Source of the DNA: Rhodothermales bacterium
Lineage (GTDB): Bacteria; Bacteroidota; Rhodothermia; Rhodothermales; DASSAV01
Reading direction: 5' to 3'
NCBI GenBank assembly: GCA_041690215.1
Contig: JAWLHQ010000003.1
Location: 330,518-394,517 of the forward strand
Length of the DNA stretch: 64,000 bases
The position numbers and the translations under genes were made by a program. Below are positions 46,246-55,270 of this stretch, piece after piece. Within the stretch, counting starts at the first letter, position 1, and each line of letters opens with the position of its first letter. Under the pieces are notes generated by a model. It saw only the letters and a program-made list of their open reading frames with translations, did no database searches and was not told the origin of the DNA.

Positions 46246-47232
46246 CTAGCTGACTGCTGACAGTTCCTTAGCAAGGCGCTCCGCTGTCTCTCTAAAAGGC
46301 CGGAAGGAGCATCCCAGTTCTCCCACTGCTTTCCGGTTGCTGTACCGGTAAAACTTCGAAGCGGTCCGCGCCGTCTCCATAGTGATGAGCGGGCGCATTC
46401 GGGTGATTGCAGAGACGGCTTCCGATACCCGGGCAATAGCCAGGGCCATGCGCGGCCCCACCTTGAAGCGCGGCGGCTCCACACCGAATGCCCCGGCCAG
46501 CGTCCCGATGATCTCGCTCCAGGACAGGTTCTCATTGCCCAGGAAGTACCGTTCGCCTACCGTTCCGGCTTCCATGGCCCGGATGTGGCCCGCGGCCACG
46601 TCGATCACGTCCACCACGTTCGTTCCCCCCGGCGGGATTGCAGGTAGTTTCCGGTCTCGCACTTTCTCCACGATCTGCATGGTATTGTCGCCGCGCCGTC
46701 CGACGCCGAAGATGAGCGCCGGGTTGACGATGACCGCGTCCAGCCCCTCGGCGATTCCCCGGTGGACTTCCAGTTCACCCTCATATTTCGACCGGGCGTA
46801 GACACTGTTCACGGAAGAACCCTGCCAGTCGGCCGTCTCATCGATCATGCCGGAGGGCACCTCGGGTCGCCCAAAAGCCGCCATGCTGGAGGTATGAACG
46901 AGCCGCTCTACCCCGGTGCGGAGTGCCGCATTGACGACGTTAGCGGTACCCTGCACGTTGACCTGGCGAAGCTGCTCCTCCCCGCTCTTGCCCTCGAAAC
47001 GCACGAGCCCTGCCGTGTGGTATACGAGACGCACGCCCTCCAGCGCAGCCATGAGGCTATCGCTGTCTGTTACATCACCAATGGCGTGCTCCACACGATC
47101 GACCACATCCGCAAGCAGATCCAGGCCGGACTTCTCCCGCCGCAGGATACGCACGTCCTCCCCCCGCTCAACGAGCTGCCGGACGAGTTCGGAACCTAGA
47201 AAGCCGGTCGCGCCAGTAACGAGTGTTTTCAA
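46246..47232 (-). CDS. NAD-dependent epimerase/dehydratase family protein (extended SDR)
   Basis: 328 aa with a TTG start. KTLVTGATGFLGSEL Rossmann motif and YARSK catalytic motif. Confidence 0.85.
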   Translation of the reverse strand: MKTLVTGATGFLGSELVRQLVERGEDVRILRREKSGLDLLADVVDRVEHAIGDVTDSDSLMAALEGVRLVYHTAGLVRFEGKSGEEQLRQVNVQGTANVVNAALRTGVERLVHTSSMAAFGRPEVPSGMIDETADWQGSSVNSVYARSKYEGELEVHRGIAEGLDAVIVNPALIFGVGRRGDNTMQIVEKVRDRKLPAIPPGGTNVVDVIDVAAGHIRAMEAGTVGERYFLGNENLSWSEIIGTLAGAFGVEPPRFKVGPRMALAIARVSEAVSAITRMRPLITMETARTASKFYRYSNRKAVGELGCSFRPFRETAERLAKELSAVS

Positions 47233-47514
47233 GATGAACTAACTAATGGGGAGATACAGATGATCGAGAAGCGCCAGTCATGGAATTGCCTTGTCCCGAT
47301 AACCAGCCTGCACACGATGGCTACCGTGACCGCCACGTTTGAGCACAAGAGAACGTGAACATACGCCGGGAAGGCCGGGAGCAGCAACCCGGAGAAGCTC
47401 GTCACCTCCGCTACGGAACGGTGATATGGTGAGCATCGAGGTATCTGGCTGGTGATAGGCGCCACACTACTACAAGGTACTCCACAGCGAGGTTGCAGAC
47501 CGGTTTGCCTGTCC

Positions 47515-48042
47515 TCACTCGAACTCCACGAGCAACTGTCCTTTCGTCACAGGATCACCGGGCTTCACGTGCACGGCCCGCACGGTGCCCTCGCCCGGGG
47601 CTCGCAGTTCGTTCTCCATCTTCATGGCCTCCAGCACGAGTAATCCCTCTCCGGCCCGCACGGTCTGTCCCTCCTGAACGTGGACGCTCAGGACCAGGCC
47701 GGGCATCGGTGCATGGACCTCCCGGTGTGCCCCGCCTCCCGCTGCGCCAACACCGAACCGCTCCAGGAGCAGATCCATCTCATCCCGGACCGTCACCTCC
47801 ATCTCCCGCCCTCCGACAGTCACGTGCATGGATCCGGCAGCATTCCGGCTGATGGTGATGCCGAAGCTCTGCCCCTCCAGGAGCAGGCTGTAATGCCCAG
47901 GGCCGACCGGCTCGAAACTTACCGTGACCGGCCTGCCGTCCAGGTATACCTGTCCGGATTCGATCCTGATCTCGTACACCTGCCCGCCGATCTCTGCCCG
48001 GTAGGTGCGTGATGGAACCGTGCCCCTATTCGATAGCGTCAT
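47515..48042 (-). CDS. Biotin/lipoyl-attachment domain protein (biotin carboxyl carrier type)
   Basis: The C-terminal VLEAMKMENELRAPGEGTVRAVHVKPGDPV carries the AMKM biotinylation motif. I chose ATG 48042; the ORF-track ATG 48081 is also possible. Confidence 0.75.
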   Translation of the reverse strand: MTLSNRGTVPSRTYRAEIGGQVYEIRIESGQVYLDGRPVTVSFEPVGPGHYSLLLEGQSFGITISRNAAGSMHVTVGGREMEVTVRDEMDLLLERFGVGAAGGGAHREVHAPMPGLVLSVHVQEGQTVRAGEGLLVLEAMKMENELRAPGEGTVRAVHVKPGDPVTKGQLLVEFE

Positions 48043-48067
48043 ATGGTACTTTTCCAATTCATCCGGG

Positions 48068-48107
48068 CAATGAAAAGCCATTCAGTCCAATGAAAAGCCA
48101 TTCAGTC
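48068..48107. repeat. Perfect 20-bp tandem duplication
   Basis: caatgaaaagccattcagtc occurs at 48068-48087 and again at 48088-48107, in the divergent spacer between the BCCP-like gene and aat. Confidence 0.9.
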
Positions 48108-48142
48108 AAAGATAGAACGCCGGCCCATTAGTCCAAATTCGT

Positions 48143-48718
48143 GTGTCGCTCACGCCTGAATATCTCCTGTACGGATACCTGAACGGGTACTTTCCCATGG
48201 CAGACCCCGATGAAGGCGACGCCATTTACTGGTACGCGCCGGACCCACGCGCCATTATACCCCTCGATACCTTCTACGTCTCGAAGAACCTGGCCAAACT
48301 GGTGCGCCGAGGTATCTTCGAGATCCGTTACGATACGGCGTTCGAGGCCGTCATGCGGGGGTGTGCAAACCGTGAAAAGACATGGATTTCAGAAGAGATC
48401 ATTACGGCGTACACGGCGTTACATCATCTCGGTTTCGCACATAGTGTGGAGTGCTGGAAGGACGGCCACTTGGCGGGCGGGTTGTACGGTGTAGCGCTCG
48501 GCGGTGCGTTCTTTGGGGAATCGATGTTTACACGCGTACGCGACGCGTCGAAGGTGGCGCTGGTACACCTGGTGGAGCGGCTCCGGCAGAACGGATTCGT
48601 TCTGCTGGATACGCAATTCATTACCCCGCACCTCGCGCGGTTCGGTGCAGTGGAGATTCCTCGAAATGAATACGAACGCCGGCTCGTTTATGCCCGCCAA
48701 CTCCCTGCAACGTGGTAG
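48143..48718 (+). CDS. aat: Leucyl/phenylalanyl-tRNA--protein transferase
   Basis: 191 aa with a GTG start. YLNGYFPMADP, YWYAPDPRAIIPLD, and GGLYGVALGGAFFGESMF. Confidence 0.9.
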   Translation: MSLTPEYLLYGYLNGYFPMADPDEGDAIYWYAPDPRAIIPLDTFYVSKNLAKLVRRGIFEIRYDTAFEAVMRGCANREKTWISEEIITAYTALHHLGFAHSVECWKDGHLAGGLYGVALGGAFFGESMFTRVRDASKVALVHLVERLRQNGFVLLDTQFITPHLARFGAVEIPRNEYERRLVYARQLPATW

Positions 48719-48804
48719 ATTCCGGCACGACTTTCGTGTGTGATTCTTGAGAATCCGTATCGTGTGTTTCCGTCGTCCGAATTTCCACCCAACGCAATAA
48801 TCAC

Positions 48805-49698
48805 ATGCGACTTTCTCTCGTCCTCTGCGTCCTGGCCCTCGTGCTCAGCGCCTGTACGTCGCGTACCGAACAGGTACCTGTGCCCGTACGCACAGCCTCA
48901 CTTTCACAGTCCGCAGGTATCACAGATGCGCCCCGGGAGTTTACGGATGTGATGGCGTACGCGCGCGCGCAGCGGCTTCACGAGCGCCCGCTGGGCGAGA
49001 TCATGCAGATCGTCGGCGAGCGTTTCAAGGGCAAGCCCTACATGGCCGGCCTGCTCGATGAGCCTGCGGAAGAAGTGCTCGTCTGCAGGCTGGACGGATT
49101 CGACTGCGTGACCTTCGTGGAGACGGCACTGGCCATGGCGCGCGGTATAGCCGAGCAGGACTACTCCTACGAGACGTTCCAGCGTTATGTAACGGACACG
49201 CGCTACCGTGGCGCCGAGATGGACGGGTACTGCAGCCGCCTGCATTACTGGACGGAATGGATCCTCGATAACGAGATCCGCGGCAACGTCGAAGATATCA
49301 CTGCCGAGTTGGGTGGGACGCGGTTGAACAAGAAGATCAACTTCATGACGACGCACCGCGACCTGTACCCCCGTTTCGCAACGAACAATGAGGTATATGC
49401 CTGCGTGCAGCAGATGGAAGAGCGGATCGGGAATGCCGAATTTCACTACATTCCGAAGGACCGGATCCGCGCCGTCTATGACCAGCTACAGGCCGGTGAT
49501 ATCATCGCTACGGCGACCAGCATTCCCGGGCTCGACGTCTCGCATACCGGACTGGTCTACGATGCCGGTAACGGCAAGAAGGGGCTCCTGCATGCCTCCA
49601 CGAGCGGTGGCGTGAAGGTTTCGCCGGATCTTCAAGACTACGTCCAGAACAACAGCAAATTGATCGGTATCGTGGTAGTTCGCCCGGTCAGTCTTTAG
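48805..49698 (+). CDS. DUF1460-domain protein (amidase-like) with lipoprotein signal
   Basis: 297 aa. LVLSACTS lipobox. DGFDCVTFVETALAMARG and HTGLVY as recalled for DUF1460. Confidence 0.7.
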   Translation: MRLSLVLCVLALVLSACTSRTEQVPVPVRTASLSQSAGITDAPREFTDVMAYARAQRLHERPLGEIMQIVGERFKGKPYMAGLLDEPAEEVLVCRLDGFDCVTFVETALAMARGIAEQDYSYETFQRYVTDTRYRGAEMDGYCSRLHYWTEWILDNEIRGNVEDITAELGGTRLNKKINFMTTHRDLYPRFATNNEVYACVQQMEERIGNAEFHYIPKDRIRAVYDQLQAGDIIATATSIPGLDVSHTGLVYDAGNGKKGLLHASTSGGVKVSPDLQDYVQNNSKLIGIVVVRPVSL

Positions 49699-49745
49699 AT
49701 TAGGTATTATTTGAGACTAAATTTGTTCGGAGTTTTTTAGCATAG

Positions 49746-50729
49746 ATGGATAACATTAAGCGCATCGGCGTCTACACGAGTGGCGGCGATGCACCAGGAA
49801 TGAATGCCTGTGTTCGGGCCGCTGTTCGAACCGCCATTGCACATGATCTCGAGGTGATAGGTATCCGGCGCGGGTACGCCGGCATGATCGACAGCGATTT
49901 CGTCGAGATGGACGGCCGCTCCGTCTCGAACATCGTCCAGAAGGGCGGCACGATCCTCAAGAGTGCCCGATCCGATGCGTTCCGCACACCGGAGGGGCGT
50001 GCCAAAGCCGCCGAGAACCTCCGCGCGGCAGAAATCGACGCCCTCGTCGCTATCGGCGGCGACGGTACGTTCCGCGGCGCCGCTCTCTTCCACGACGAAT
50101 ACGGCTTCCGTACCGTCGGGTGCCCCGGCACCATCGACAACGACCTGTTCGGCACGGACGAGACCATCGGCTACGACACGGCCCTGAATACGGCTATCGA
50201 AAACATTGACCGTATTCGGGACACGGCGGATGCGCACGACCGCGTGTTCCTCGTCGAAGTCATGGGCCGTGACGCGGGCTTCATTGCGCTCAACTCGGGC
50301 ATTGGCGGCGGGGCCGAGCTGGTGCTGATTCCCGAGACCCTCACGGGTATGCAGGAAATCAAGGACCGCATCCTCTCATTGATGACGGCCCAGGCCCGCT
50401 CCTCCATCGTGGTCGTGGCTGAGGGAGACGACCACGGCGGCGCTACACATATCGGGCGGGTACTGAAGGAGGACCCCGCCTTCGCCAGCATCGACCTCCG
50501 CATTTGCATCCTCGGCCACACGCAGCGTGGGGGCTCCCCGACGGCTCGCGACCGCGTGCTTGCCAGCCGGCTCGGCGCCGCCGCCATCGAGGCGCTCCTG
50601 GAGGGTCACACGAACGTCATGGTGGGCATTGTCAACAACGAGGTCAAGCTCACCCCCATGCGTGACGTGTGGAGCCGGAAGAAGAACATCAACTTCGAGC
50701 TGCTCAAACTGACGCAGTTGCTCAGCTAG
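49746..50729 (+). CDS. pfkA: ATP-dependent 6-phosphofructokinase
   Basis: 327 aa. IGVYTSGGDAPGMNA, GGDGTFRGA, PGTIDNDL, MGRDAG, and GHTQRGG. Confidence 0.95.
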   Translation: MDNIKRIGVYTSGGDAPGMNACVRAAVRTAIAHDLEVIGIRRGYAGMIDSDFVEMDGRSVSNIVQKGGTILKSARSDAFRTPEGRAKAAENLRAAEIDALVAIGGDGTFRGAALFHDEYGFRTVGCPGTIDNDLFGTDETIGYDTALNTAIENIDRIRDTADAHDRVFLVEVMGRDAGFIALNSGIGGGAELVLIPETLTGMQEIKDRILSLMTAQARSSIVVVAEGDDHGGATHIGRVLKEDPAFASIDLRICILGHTQRGGSPTARDRVLASRLGAAAIEALLEGHTNVMVGIVNNEVKLTPMRDVWSRKKNINFELLKLTQLLS

Positions 50730-50833
50730 CAGTGTGCGGCACAAGCCAGCCCCTTCCCGCCGCCCCTCTCTGCACCTAGCAAAGCCGAAGCTTCTTTGCC
50801 GGCCCGGAATGGCAGGTGGAACCCCAATCCGAT

Positions 50834-50878
50834 ACCCGGTTCTCCCGGAGGAGGTTTATCCCTCCGGGAGAACCGGGT
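50834..50878 (+). terminator. Strong hairpin downstream of pfkA
   Basis: Perfect 18-bp stem acccggttctcccggagg / cctccgggagaaccgggt with a 9-nt loop. No U-tract. Confidence 0.55.
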
Positions 50879-51042
50879 GCCTCAATTCAACAAAAGCTAC
50901 GCGACAGTACGTTGTCGCCGATCGTTTATTTTCGGTTCTTCGCGTTCGCCTGTGATCCGCTCAGAGGATTCGGAGCGGTACGAACCAGGGGCGAAGTACG
51001 ACGACGTTAATTCGAACACTGTCCACCAGCAACCTACAACCC

Positions 51043-51765
51043 ATGAAACACTACCCTCCGGTCGGAGAAGCACACGGCAAGAAGGAAAAGGTCGAAGCCA
51101 TGTTCGACGCCATCGCACCGCGTTACGATCTCCTCAACCGGGTGCTTAGCATGGGCATCGACCAGACGTGGCGCAAGAAGGCGGTGCGGCTGCTGGAAGG
51201 AGATAAGCCGGAACGCATTCTGGACGTGGCTACGGGAACGGCAGATCTCGCCCTCGAAGCCGCTCGCCTCCAGGCCAAGAGCATCGTGGGCGTGGACATC
51301 TCAGAAGAGATGCTCAAGATCGGGCGAGAAAAGATCGAGCAGCGTGGCCTCTCGGACCGGATCACGCTCCGCCGCGGCGATTCCGAGAAGCTCCCGTTCT
51401 CCGATTCCCAGTTCGACGCGGTCCTCGTCGCCTTCGGCGTCCGCAACTTTGAGAATCTCCAGAAGGGCCTCACCGAGATCCGCCGCGTCTTGCGGCCCGG
51501 CGGCACCGTCGTCGTACTGGAGTTCAGCCAGCCGCGCGTTTTTCCGGTAAAGCAACTCTACAGCCTGTATTCCCGGTACGTTCTCCCCCACATCGGAGGC
51601 GCTATATCGAAGGACAAAGGGGCGTACCAGTACCTCCCCGACTCCGTTGCCCGGTTCCCGTCCGGACCCGACTTCCTCAGGCGGATGGAGGAAGCCGGCT
51701 TCAAGAAGACGACCTGGAAGCCCCTCACGTTCGGCATCGCCTCGCTGTATAAGGGATATGTCTGA
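51043..51765 (+). CDS. ubiE: Demethylmenaquinone / ubiquinone biosynthesis C-methyltransferase
   Basis: 240 aa. FDAIAPRYDLLNRVLSMGIDQTWRK, SAM motif ILDVATGTADLA, and GGTVVVLEFS. Confidence 0.9.
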   Translation: MKHYPPVGEAHGKKEKVEAMFDAIAPRYDLLNRVLSMGIDQTWRKKAVRLLEGDKPERILDVATGTADLALEAARLQAKSIVGVDISEEMLKIGREKIEQRGLSDRITLRRGDSEKLPFSDSQFDAVLVAFGVRNFENLQKGLTEIRRVLRPGGTVVVLEFSQPRVFPVKQLYSLYSRYVLPHIGGAISKDKGAYQYLPDSVARFPSGPDFLRRMEEAGFKKTTWKPLTFGIASLYKGYV

Positions 51766-51904
51766 CCCGGTTCGGGGGATCATTACCCTCTTCCGGCTGC
51801 CGTGACGCGGCCTGTGCGGGCCTGCATCCGGCACAGGCCGACTGGAGAAGCGAGTTGAATACGAGCACCCGGATGCGTATTCTCCACCCAGAGGTTAGCG
51901 AACG

Positions 51905-52225
51905 ATGCATCCGACGATCAAACAGGTACTTGGCGACATCCGGCAGAGCCTCGAACGGCTCTACGGAAACAAATTGGCGCGTGTGGTACTCTTTGGATCA
52001 CAGGCCAGAGGGGACGCACGAGAAGATTCGGACGTGGATGTGCTCGTCGTGCTCCGGGGAGAGATCGATTATGCGGAGGAGGTAGACCGAATGCTAGACG
52101 AGGAAATCAGGCTTTCAGAACGTTCGGGCCGCTTTATTTCGTTCATACCGGTTTCCGAAAACAGGTATGCGGATGGGCTGCACCCGCTGATGATGAACGT
52201 TCATCGGGAGGGCCTGGAGGTATGA
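51905..52225 (+). CDS. Minimal nucleotidyltransferase (MNT), antitoxin-type partner of HEPN
   Basis: 106 aa. VVLFGSQARGDAREDSDVDVLVVL (GSxxRG...DxD). Its stop overlaps the next start (ATGA at 52222). Confidence 0.8.
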   Translation: MHPTIKQVLGDIRQSLERLYGNKLARVVLFGSQARGDAREDSDVDVLVVLRGEIDYAEEVDRMLDEEIRLSERSGRFISFIPVSENRYADGLHPLMMNVHREGLEV

Positions 52226-52596
52226 ATCCACACATTCCAGCCCTCCTTGCAAGAGCGGAGCAGACGCTGGAAACTGCCCGGCATATCCTCGCAACCGGCG
52301 ATGCGGAGAGCGCGATCAACCGCACGTATTACGCTGCGTTCTATGCAGCAACCGCGGCACTCCTCAGCATAGGAGAACAACCCGGATCTCACGCGGGCAC
52401 ACTCAGCCGCTTTCAGGCCCTGTTTGTCGCTACGGGCAAGGTGCCCGCAGAGGCAGGCCGCTCTCTACGCCGCGCCTTCGACCTCAGGCAAGGGGTGGAC
52501 TACGACTTCGCCGCGTCCTTCTCTACCACAACAGCCGCCGGCCTCGTGGATGAAGTGGAGTACGTCGTCCGCATCATCAAGCAACTCACGTCCTGA
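52222..52596 (+). CDS. HEPN-domain protein (toxin-type partner of MNT)
   Basis: 124 aa, helical. The Rx4-6H-like region RRAFDLRQGVDYD is only approximate. Size and pairing are typical of HEPN/MNT modules. Confidence 0.7.
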   Translation: MNPHIPALLARAEQTLETARHILATGDAESAINRTYYAAFYAATAALLSIGEQPGSHAGTLSRFQALFVATGKVPAEAGRSLRRAFDLRQGVDYDFAASFSTTTAAGLVDEVEYVVRIIKQLTS

Positions 52597-52639
52597 CCGG
52601 CCCTATCCCGACGCGACCGTACCGGGGTATAACGGTGAG

Positions 52640-52978
52640 TCAATTCGCGAGGTGCTGTTCCACACAGCTGGGGCAATCCAGCCAGACTTCGGCGGGAATG
52701 TGCGCGAGCGCGTTGGGGCTCTTTCCGCGTTCGAACACGGGACGATACAGGACCTCCCCCTGCTTGTGCTCACCGCCGCACGTATGGCAGGAAGCCTCCC
52801 CGATCAATTCCACGGGCGTGTAACCCGTTATCACCCACCCGTCATGTCCGATATGAGCCGCCAGGCTTTCCAGCGCGGCGCGTACGGTCTGTGATTTGTT
52901 GCCGCCGTAGTACGTATTTGCGAGGCGCTCCAGCAATCCTACGGTGGAGCTGTCGAGGGTAAAGTTCAGTCGATGCAT
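52640..52978 (-). CDS. Ribbon-helix-helix (CopG-like) protein with a C-terminal Cys4/His-rich zinc-ribbon-like region
   Basis: 112 aa. RLNFTLDSSTVGLLERLANTYYGGNKSQTVRAALESLA is an RHH pattern. CHTCGGEH ... CPSCVEQH gives two CxxC pairs. It overlaps the upstream gene by 13 nt. Confidence 0.5.
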   Translation of the reverse strand: MHRLNFTLDSSTVGLLERLANTYYGGNKSQTVRAALESLAAHIGHDGWVITGYTPVELIGEASCHTCGGEHKQGEVLYRPVFERGKSPNALAHIPAEVWLDCPSCVEQHLAN

Positions 52979-53490
52979 GCTTCTTCTCCGGCGAGTTGCG
53001 GCAGGGCTTCAGACTGAAACGTCCGGTGTATCGAATGGTTGTTGTGGACGTGATGACGGCGGATCAACCGCCAGTTGCGCCAGTGCCCCACCATCAGGAT
53101 GGTGCTACCCGTAAGCGTCAGTGCCGTCTCGATGAACGCGCCCGGAACGGAATGACCGAGCACTCCTGCCGTCAACACGACGCAGAGTCCGACCGCCAGC
53201 ATTACGATTACGGGCCTGTCCCTGTGACTCCTCCACCCATGCCAGGCCGCCGCGATGGTCGTCGGCACGAGCAGCACGGCAAAGACCGGGTGCAGCCATG
53301 CGTGGACCTCTTCCATGATGGGCCACACAGCGAGCGAGGCCAGCACGATGGGAAGCACCAGACAGTGAATCATGCAGATACCTGAAAGTCCGATGCCTAT
53401 ACGATCCCACAGGCTGGCGTTCGACTCCTGACTCACAGAAGATCTCCTGAAGCCGGATCTATCTTCCACTGTTCCTTCCGACCTTAGCAT
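52966..53490 (-). CDS. MerC-family membrane protein
   Basis: 174 aa, 4 TM by eye. GIGLSGICMIHCLVLPIVL Cys motif as in MerC-domain proteins. His-rich C-terminal tail RRHHVHNNHSIH. Confidence 0.6.
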   Translation of the reverse strand: MLRSEGTVEDRSGFRRSSVSQESNASLWDRIGIGLSGICMIHCLVLPIVLASLAVWPIMEEVHAWLHPVFAVLLVPTTIAAAWHGWRSHRDRPVIVMLAVGLCVVLTAGVLGHSVPGAFIETALTLTGSTILMVGHWRNWRLIRRHHVHNNHSIHRTFQSEALPQLAGEEACID

Positions 53491-53500
53491 GCTCGCCTCC

Positions 53501-53530
53501 CATGGGTGTGTATATTAATACACACCCATG
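53501..53530. promoter_or_regulatory. Perfect 13-4-13 inverted repeat (operator candidate) 11 nt upstream of the MerC-like start
   Basis: catgggtgtgtat atta atacacacccatg read directly. The AT-rich centre tatattaata could double as a -10 region. Confidence 0.5.
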
Positions 53531-53674
53531 ATACACACGAACTGGCCGGATTCCAACACCTGGCCTGACTTTTTCAACGTATGTATCCGGAAACGGAATG
53601 ACGAGCGCGTTCTCATTCTCCAGCGCCGTTATCTAAACGGCACGTCTCCCCCGGCTAATCGACGTTCCGGCCCC

Positions 53675-53860
53675 TCACTCCGGCTTCGAATTGCCGGTTT
53701 CACGCTTACGCTTTCGTTCCGCTTCCCTGACCTTCTCGGGATCGGGCGCGATGATGACCTTCTCCTTGCCGGGTTGGGACAGCGAATGGGGATCTGTCCC
53801 GACCACCGGTTCGTGGTCCGGATCGATCAGATCACTTACTCGTTTGCGTTTGCCGGACAT
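53675..53860 (-). CDS. Candidate small, highly charged protein (61 aa)
   Basis: ORF-track entry MSGKRKRVSDLIDPDHEPVV...REAERKRKRETGNSKPE. Low-complexity Lys/Arg/Glu ends and no recognisable family. It lies between a terminator (53967-53995) and the MerC-like promoter region. Confidence 0.25.
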   Translation of the reverse strand: MSGKRKRVSDLIDPDHEPVVGTDPHSLSQPGKEKVIIAPDPEKVREAERKRKRETGNSKPE

Positions 53861-53966
53861 AATGTTTACCTGGCCAGGGTTCGTGGTGCGGTGCCGTGTA
53901 TACCCCCCGGCCCGGGAATAGTTAGTTACCGACCGGTTATTCTCGTCCGATCCCCGTTTACAAAAA

Positions 53967-53995
53967 GAGGGGGCGCGCCTGTTGCGCGCCCCCTC
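53967..53995 (-). terminator. Rho-independent terminator of the M23 peptidase gene
   Basis: gagggggcgcgc ctgtt gcgcgccccctc, followed on the minus transcript by UUUUUG. It lies 25 nt after the stop at 54020. Confidence 0.75.
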
Positions 53996-54019
53996 AGCAC
54001 GTTCAATTCAGCGCAGGTA

Positions 54020-55270
54020 TTACCAGCTCATGGACCTGATCCTGTCTGCGGCTTCCTCATCCAACTCACCGGCCTGTGCGTCTTCCGCCACATCTGAGCG
54101 GGTAGATGAATTCGGAGGACGCACCGACGTGTGTACGGGAAGCACAACGGGACGGGCGAGCGGATAGAATTTCTTGTCTTCCTTTCTTTCTTCAGGTTCC
54201 GCTCTCGGCACCCTCCCGCTCCGCGTGTCCGCTGTGGGCATCATAAGCAGCCCGATATAACGCTGGCCGGACGCCGAGAGGATAGGATCTCCCCAGCGGG
54301 TCTGGGTCAGATGATTCGTCAGGTCAGCGTAGCTTCCTGGTCCGGAGTAAGAGGCAAAGACGATGGGTTCTTTTGCGAACGCATTCGTGGAAGAGATACG
54401 GACGGGAAGGCCGGATGCCGTGAAGCCGATCTCCAGGGAGCGGGCATGCGGATCGAAGTGCTCATCGGCGAGCCAGGGGTATCGGTACAGGAGATCCGGC
54501 AGGTGATCGTTCGGGATCCTGACCGTAAAGAAGGCCTCCTCGCGCGACAGGAACTGCCGGATGGTCAGGTCGGGATTGTTTTGCAGTGCCAGGTACAGTT
54601 CGGCCACATTGATCCCGGCCAGGTTGAGCCCGTTGTATCTCCCATGCGGATTACCGGCGCGGCGGTTATACCGCCTGTTCCAGTCGTCGTAATCCTGGTT
54701 GAGGAGCATGTTGATCTCGAAGTGCAGGTGCGCCCGTGTCCGGTCGATTCCCCGGCCGGTGTAGCCAACCACGCCGAGTTGGTCGCCCTGGCGGACATAC
54801 TGGCCTGCACGCACGTGGACGCTCCCCAGGTGTGCGTAGAGGCTGTAGAACGGCGACCCGCTCCACCAGTGCTCTACGACGACGTACTTGCCGTAGCTGG
54901 ATGCACGCGCGTTGGGGTTTGCATAGACCACCTTGCCCTCATCGATCGCCCGGACCTCGTCCAGCGGTTCTCCCCGTCGGTCACGGTATAGTGGCTTGAT
55001 GTCTACCCCCTCATGGAAGCGGGTATATACGATTTCATTGCCGGCAAACTTCGCATTTCGGACGAAGCCGTATTGCCCCCCCTCCCACGGGCGCGACCGC
55101 ACACCGTTGAAGTACCGGTTGGTATACTGGAAGAACGCCGGCCCATCCCCGTACAGAAGGGCGTCGTTGTCTGTGGGCAGGATTAACCGGAGCGGCTGAG
55201 CATGAACAGAAAGGCCGACCGCCGGAGCAATCAGGCCAAACAGGAACAGGAACAGCAATCCTCTACGCAT
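54020..55270 (-). CDS. M23-family metallopeptidase
   Basis: The ORF-track start at 55288 is GTG. ATG 55270 gives MRRGLLFLFLFGLIAPAVGLSVHA (signal peptide). Motifs FHEGVDI, GYTGRG, and RAHLHFEI (HxxxD / HxH). Confidence 0.85.
   Translation of the reverse strand: MRRGLLFLFLFGLIAPAVGLSVHAQPLRLILPTDNDALLYGDGPAFFQYTNRYFNGVRSRPWEGGQYGFVRNAKFAGNEIVYTRFHEGVDIKPLYRDRRGEPLDEVRAIDEGKVVYANPNARASSYGKYVVVEHWWSGSPFYSLYAHLGSVHVRAGQYVRQGDQLGVVGYTGRGIDRTRAHLHFEINMLLNQDYDDWNRRYNRRAGNPHGRYNGLNLAGINVAELYLALQNNPDLTIRQFLSREEAFFTVRIPNDHLPDLLYRYPWLADEHFDPHARSLEIGFTASGLPVRISSTNAFAKEPIVFASYSGPGSYADLTNHLTQTRWGDPILSASGQRYIGLLMMPTADTRSGRVPRAEPEERKEDKKFYPLARPVVLPVHTSVRPPNSSTRSDVAEDAQAGELDEEAADRIRSMSW

Noticed and set aside
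53528-54097. 189-aa plus-strand ORF
   Set aside because: It starts inside the operator palindrome and runs across a minus-strand terminator and into the M23 peptidase gene. Its composition is Arg/Pro/Ser-rich.
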